Of a stretch of 64,000 nt of DNA, positions 57,601 to 64,000 are shown piece after piece. The stretch is from the human T2T-CHM13v2.0 reference genome, Homo sapiens: assembly GCF_009914755.1 (NCBI RefSeq), contig NC_060948.1. One strand, given 5' to 3'. The notes beneath the pieces are model-generated. The model was not told the DNA's origin. It did not search any database and saw only the letters and a program-made list of their open reading frames with translations. Made by a program: the position numbers and the translations under genes. Positions within the stretch are counted from its first letter, which is position 1. The number at the start of each line of letters is the position of its first letter.

Positions 57601-58162
57601 AATAGAATGGACTCGACTGGTACGGACTCCAATGGAATGGAATCGAATGGAAGGGAATCGAACGGAATGGACTCGAAGGCAAAAGACTGCAATGGAAAGG
57701 TGTCGAATGGAATGGAAATTAATGGAATGGAATGGAATCGAATGAAATGGAGTCAAAAGGAATGGAATCGAATGGCAAGAAATCGAATGTAATGGAATCG
57801 CAAGGAATTGATGTGAACGGAACGGAATGGAATGGAATCCAAAGGAATGGAATAGAATGGAATGGAATCGAATGGAAAGGACTCGAATGGAAATCACTCG
57901 AATAGAATGCAATTTAATAAAATAGGATCAAATGTAATGGAATGGAATGGAAAGGAATCGAAACGAAAGGAATGGAGACAGATGGAATGGAATGGAACAG
58001 AGAGCAATGGTATAGAATGGAATGGAATCATCTGGAATGGAATTGAATGGAATGGAATAACATGAAATGGAATGGAATGGAATGGAATGCCTTTGAATTA
58101 AATGGACTGGAATGGAATGGTCTCGAACAGAGTGGAATGGAAAGTATTGGAATAGAATGGAA
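54614..58162 (+). repeat. DYZ1 unit, type C (3549 bp)
   Basis: Marker at 54614 and 58163. Confidence 0.9.
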
Positions 58163-61100
58163 TGGACTCGTTTGGAATGGTGTAGTATGCAATGCAATCG
58201 ACTGGCAGGGAATCAAAAGGAATGTAATCGAATGGATTGGACTGGAATGCAATGGACTCGAATAGATTGGAAACGGAATGCAAAGGAATGGAATGGAATA
58301 GTATGGAATGGAATGGAAAGGAATGGAGTGGAATAGACTAGAGTGGAATGGAATGGACTGGAAAGCAATGGACTGGAATGGAACTTTCTTGAATGGACTG
58401 GAATCAAACGGAATGGAATGCAATGCAATCAAATGGCATGGAATAAAATAGAATGAAAGAGAATCAAATGGAATTGAATCGAATGGAATCGAATGGATTG
58501 GAAAGGAATAGAATGGAATGGAATGGAATTGACTCAAATGGAATGGACTAGAATGGAATGGATTCGAATGGAAGGCAAAGGAATGGAATCTATTGGAATG
58601 GACTGTAATGGAATGGAATGGAAGGGATTGGAATGGACTCGAATGGAATGGACTGCAATAGAAAGGATTCGAATGGAATGAAAAAGAATTGAATGGAATA
58701 GAACAGAATGGAATCAAATCGAATGAAATGGAATGGAATAGAAAGGAATGGAATGAAATGGAATGGAAAGGATTTGAATGGAATGCAATCGAATGGAATG
58801 GAATCGAACGGAATGGAATAAAATGGAAGAAAACTGGCAAGAAATGGAATCGAAATGAATGGAGTGTTATGGAACGGACTCAAAAGGAATTGAATGTAAT
58901 AGAATTGAGTGAAGTGGACTCGAATATAATGGACTGGAATGGAATGAAATCACATGGAATGGGAACGAATGGAATGGAATGGAAAGGAATGGAATCGAAT
59001 GGAAAGGAATGGAATGGAAGGGAATGAAACTGAATCAACAGGAATGGAAGGGAGTAGAATAGACGGTAATTGAATGGACTCGAATAGAATGGACACGAAT
59101 GCACAAATTGAATGGACTCGAATGGAATGGAAACGAAAGGAATGTCATCGAATGGAATTGAATCGATTGGAATGAAATCGCATAGAATGGAGTGGAATCA
59201 AATGGAATTGAATCGAAAGGAAAGGAAGCGAATGGACTGAAATGGAATGGAATGGAATGGAAAGTAATGCAATGGAATAGAATGGAACGAAATTTCACGG
59301 AATGGAATCAAACTGAATAGAATCAAATCAATGGAATATAATCAAATGGAATGGAAAGGAATTGAATGGAGTAGATTGGATTGGATGGGATTGGAATGAA
59401 ATGGAATGGAAAGGACTCGAATTTCATGAAACGGAATGGAATGAATTGGAACGGAATGGACTCGAATGGAATGGAATGTCATGGAATTGCATCAAATGGA
59501 ATGGCATCAAAGGGAATGGAATCGACTGCAATGGAATGCTATGGAATGGAATGGAATGCATTGGAATGGAATGTCCTCTAATGGAATGGATTCGAGTGGA
59601 ATGGAATCGAATATAATGGAGTCGAATGAAATGGAATTGAAAGGAATGGGATCGAATACAATGGAATATACTGGAATGTAACGTAATGAACTCGAATGTA
59701 ATTGACTGGAATGGAATGTACACGAATGGAATGTAATCGAATGGAAAGTAATCCAATGGAATAGAATCTAATGCAATAAAATCGACTCAAATAGAATAGA
59801 ATGCAATGGAATGGAGTGCAGTGCAATGGAATGGAATGGAATGGAATGCAATGGAATGGAATGGAATGGAATGGAATGCAATGGGATGGAATGGTATGGA
59901 ATGGATAGTAATGGACTGGAGTGAAATGGACTGGAAAGGAATGGACTCAAATTGAAAGGTCTCGAAAGGAATGGAGTCAAATGGAATGGTCTGGAATGGA
60001 ATGAACACGAATGTAATGCAATCCAATAGAATGGAATCGAATGGCATGGAATATAAAGAAATGGAATCGAAGAGAATGGAAACAAATGGAATGGAATTGA
60101 ATGGAATGGAATTGAATGGAATGGGAACGAATGGAGTGAAATTGTATGCAGTAGAAGAGAATAGAATGGAATGCAAGCGAAAGGAAAGGAATGGATTGGA
60201 ATGGAATGGAATTCATTGGAATGGAAGGGAATGTAGTGTAATGGACAGGCCTGGAATAAAGTGGAATGCTACGGTCTCGAATGGAATAAAAATGTATGGA
60301 ATGGAATGCAATGAAACGGAATCGAATGTCATAGAATGTAATGGAATGCAAAAAAATGGAATCCAAAATCATTGACTGGAAAGGCTGGGTGTCGAAAGGA
60401 ATTGACTCCAATGGAATGGAATCGAATGGAATGGAAGTGAATAGAATCGAACTAAATCGAATGGAATGGAATTGATAGGAACGGAATGGAAAGGAATGCA
60501 ATGATTTGGCATGGAATGGAATCGAATGGCATCGAATGGAATGGAATGGAATGCAATGGAATGGAATATATTAGAATGTAATGAACTTTAATGGAATGTA
60601 CTCGAATGGATTCGACTGGAATGGAATGTTCTGGAAGTGAATGGACTCCAATGGAATGGATTCGAAAGGAATAGAATCGTACGGAATGGAATCTAATGGA
60701 ATGGAATTAAATGGAAATGAATCAAATTGAATAGCACGGAATTGAATTGAATGGAATCGAATGCAATGGAATCTAATGAAACGGAAAGGAAAGGAATGGA
60801 ATGGAATGGAATGGGCTGGAATGGAAAGGAATCGAAACGAATGGAATGGAATCGAACTGAAGAGACTGGAATGGAATGCACTGGAATGGAAGGGAGTGTA
60901 ATGGAAGGTTCTCGAAAAAAATGGAATCGAATGGAATGGAATTGAATGGAACGGAATAGAGTCGAATGGAATTGAATGGAATGGAATGGACTAGAGTGAA
61001 ATGGAATCGAACCACAAGGAATGGACAGGAATAGAATGGTCTCGAATTGAATGGAATCGTATGGAATGGCATCAAACGGAATGGAATGGACAGCCACGGA

Positions 61101-61706
61101 ATGGAATGCACTCGAATGCAATGGAGTCGAAACTAATGGACTGGAATAGAATGGACTCGACTGGTACGGACTCCAATGGAATGGAATCGAATGCAAGGGA
61201 ATCGAACGGAATGGACTCGAAGGGAAAAGACTGCAATGGAAAGGTCTCGAATGGAATGGAAATTAATGGAATGGATTGGAATCGAATGAAATGGAGTCAA
61301 AAGGAATGGAATCGAATGGCAAGAAATCAAATGTAATGGAATCGCAAGGAATTGATGTGAACGGAACGGAATGGAATGGAATCCAAAGGAATGGAATAGA
61401 ATGGAATGGAATCGAATGGAAAGGACTCGAATGGAAATCACTCGAATAGAATGCAATTTAATAAAATAGGATCAAATGTAATGGAATGGAATGGAAAGGA
61501 ATCGAAATGAAAGGAATGGAGACAGATGGAATGGAATGGAACAGAGAGCAATGGTATAGAATGGAATGGAATCATCTGGAATGGAATTGAATGGAATGGA
61601 ATAACATGAAATGGAATGGAATGGAATGGAATGCCCTTGAATTAAATGGACTGGAATGGAATGGACTCGAACAGAGTGGAATGGAAAGTGTTGAAATATA
61701 ATGGAA
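58163..61706 (+). repeat. DYZ1 unit, type B (3544 bp)
   Basis: Marker at 58163 and 61707; translations match those at -7093. Confidence 0.9.
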
Positions 61707-64000
61707 TGGACTCCTTTGGAATGGTCTAGTATGCAATGCAATCGACTGGCAGGGAATCAAAAGGAATGTAATCGAATGGATTGGACTGGAATGCAATGGA
61801 TTCGAATAGATTGGAAACGGAATGCAAAGGAATGGAATGGAATAGTATGGAATGGAATGGAAAGTAATGGAGTGGAATAGACTAGAGTGGAATGGAATGG
61901 ACTGGAAAGCAATGGACTGGAATGGAACTTTCTTGAATGGAGTGGAATCAAACGGAATGGAATGCACTGCAATCAAATGGCATGGAATAAAATAGAATGA
62001 AAGAGAATCAAACGGAATTGAATCGAATGGAATCGAATGGATTGGAAAGGAATAGAATGGAATGGAATGGAATTGACTCAAATGGAATGGACTAGAATGG
62101 AATGGATTCGAATGGAAGGCAAAGGAATGGAATCTATTGGAATGGACTGTAATGGAATGGAATGGAAGGGATTGGAATGGACTCGAATGGAATGGACTGC
62201 AATAGAAAGGATTCGAATGGAATGAAAAAGAATTGAATGGAATAGAACAGAATGGAATCAAATCGAATGAAATTGAATGGAATAGTAAGGAATGGAATGA
62301 AATGGAATGGAAAGGATTCGAATGGAATGCAATCGAATGGAATGCAATCGAATGGAATGGAATCGAACGGAATGGAATAAAATGGAAGAAAACTGGCAAG
62401 AAATGGAATCGAAATGAATGGAGTGTTATGGAACGGACTCAAAAGGAATTGAATGTAATAGAATGGAGTGGAGTGGACTCGAATATAATGGACTGGAATG
62501 GAATGAAATCACATGGAATGGGAACGAATGGAATGGAATGGAAAGGAATGGAATCGAATGGAAAGGAATCGAATGGAAGGGAATGAAATTGAATCAACAG
62601 GAATGGAAGGGAATAGAATAGACGGTAATGGAATGGACTCGAATAGAATGGACACGAATGCTCACATTGAATGGACTCGAGTGGAATGGAAACGAAACGA
62701 ATGTCATCGAATGGAATTGAATCGATTGGAATGAAATCGCATAGAATGGACTGGAATCAAATGGAATTGAGTCGAAAGGAAAGGAAGCGAATGGACTGAA
62801 ATGAAATGGAATGGAATTGAATGGAAAGTAATGCAATGGAATAGAATGGAACGAAATTTCACGGAATGGAATCAAACTGAATGGAATCAAATCAATGGAA
62901 TATAATCAAATGGAATGGAAAGGAATTGAATGGAGTAGATGGGACTGGATGGGATTGGAATGAAATGTACTGGAAAGGACTCGAATTTCATGAAACGGAA
63001 TGGAATGAATTGGAACGGAATGGACTCGATTGGAATGGAATGTCATGGAATGGCATCAAATGGAATGGAATCGAATGCAATGGAATGCTATGGAATGGAA
63101 TGGAATGCATTGGAATGGAATGTCCTCTAATGGAATGGATTCGAGTGGAATGGAATCGAATATAATGGAGTCGAATGAAATGGAATTGAAAGGAATGGGA
63201 TCGAATACAATGGAATATACTGGAATGTAACGTAATGAACTCGAATGTAATTGACTGGAATGGAATGTACATGAATGGAATGTAATCGAATGGAAAGTAA
63301 TCCAATGGAATAGAATCTAATGCAATAAAATCGACTCAAATAGAATAGAATGGAATGGAATGGAGTGCAGTGCAATGGAATGGAAGGGAATGGAATGCAA
63401 TGGAATGGAATGTAATGGAATGGAATGGAATGGGATGGAATGGTATGGAATGGATAGTAATGGACTGGAGTGAAATGGACTGGAAAGGAATGGACTCAAA
63501 TTGAAAGGGCTCGAAAGGAATGCAGTCAAATGGAATGATCTGGAATGGAATGAACACGAATGTAATGCAATCCAATAGAATGGAATCGAATGGCATGGAA
63601 TATAAAGAAATGGAATCGAAGAGAATGGAAACAAATGGAATGGAATTGAATGGAATGGAATTGAATGGAATGAGAATGAATGGAGTGAAATTGTATGCAG
63701 TAGAAGAGAATAGAATGGAATGCAAGCGAAAGGAAAGGAATGGATTGGAATGGAATGGAATTCATTGGAATGGAAGGGAATGTAGTGTAATGGACAGGCC
63801 TGGAATAAAGTGGAATGCTACGGTCTCGAATGGAATAAAAATGTATGGAATGGAATGCAATGAAACGGAATCGAATGTCATAGAATGTAATGGAATGCAA
63901 AAAAATGGAATCCAAAATCATTGACTGGAAAGGCTGGGTGTCGAAAGGAATTGACTCCAATGGAATGGAATCGAATGGAATGGAAGTGAATAGAATCGAA
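61707..64000 (+). repeat. DYZ1 unit, type C (partial, runs off window)
   Basis: Translations identical to those at -7093 (e.g. 55140 vs 62233). Confidence 0.9.

Larger units (their letters stand above)
48291..64000 (+). repeat. DYZ1: DYZ1 / HSat3 (GGAAT)n satellite array, ~3.55-kb unit
   Basis: Degenerate GGAAT pentamers with a 3544/3549-bp higher period. I see one EcoRI site (53116) and one HaeIII/StuI site (53154) per full unit, as in the classical 3.4-3.6-kb Y repeat. Confidence 0.96.

Noticed and set aside
48341-63960. Many MEWNG- and FHSIP-repeat ORFs up to 275 aa
   Set aside because: Direct consequence of stop-poor (GGAAT)n in all frames; no coding evidence.

Overview
The window is entirely satellite DNA with no credible genes. 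It matches human Yq12 heterochromatin at a DYZ2 to DYZ1 array boundary. Bases 1-48290 are a head-to-tail array of the ~2420-bp composite DYZ2/HSat1B unit (~1.55-kb AT-rich block + minus-strand diverged Alu + ~575-bp HSATI-type segment). It holds 19 Alu-bearing units plus a truncated one, is homogeneous in the interior and grows more diverged and rearranged toward the boundary. At 48290/48291 it joins, with no spacer, a (GGAAT)n DYZ1/HSat3 array: one 2779-bp deleted unit, then 3544/3549-bp units forming a 7093-bp dimer. All ORFs in the track are repeat artefacts. I found no new coding system. The most notable signals are three perfect heat-shock elements per DYZ1 unit, the junction structure, higher-order duplications, an Alu-less rearranged DYZ2 unit, and edge units that keep ancestral Alu bases. 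Variant comparisons were made by eye and from ORF-track offsets, not by computed alignment.
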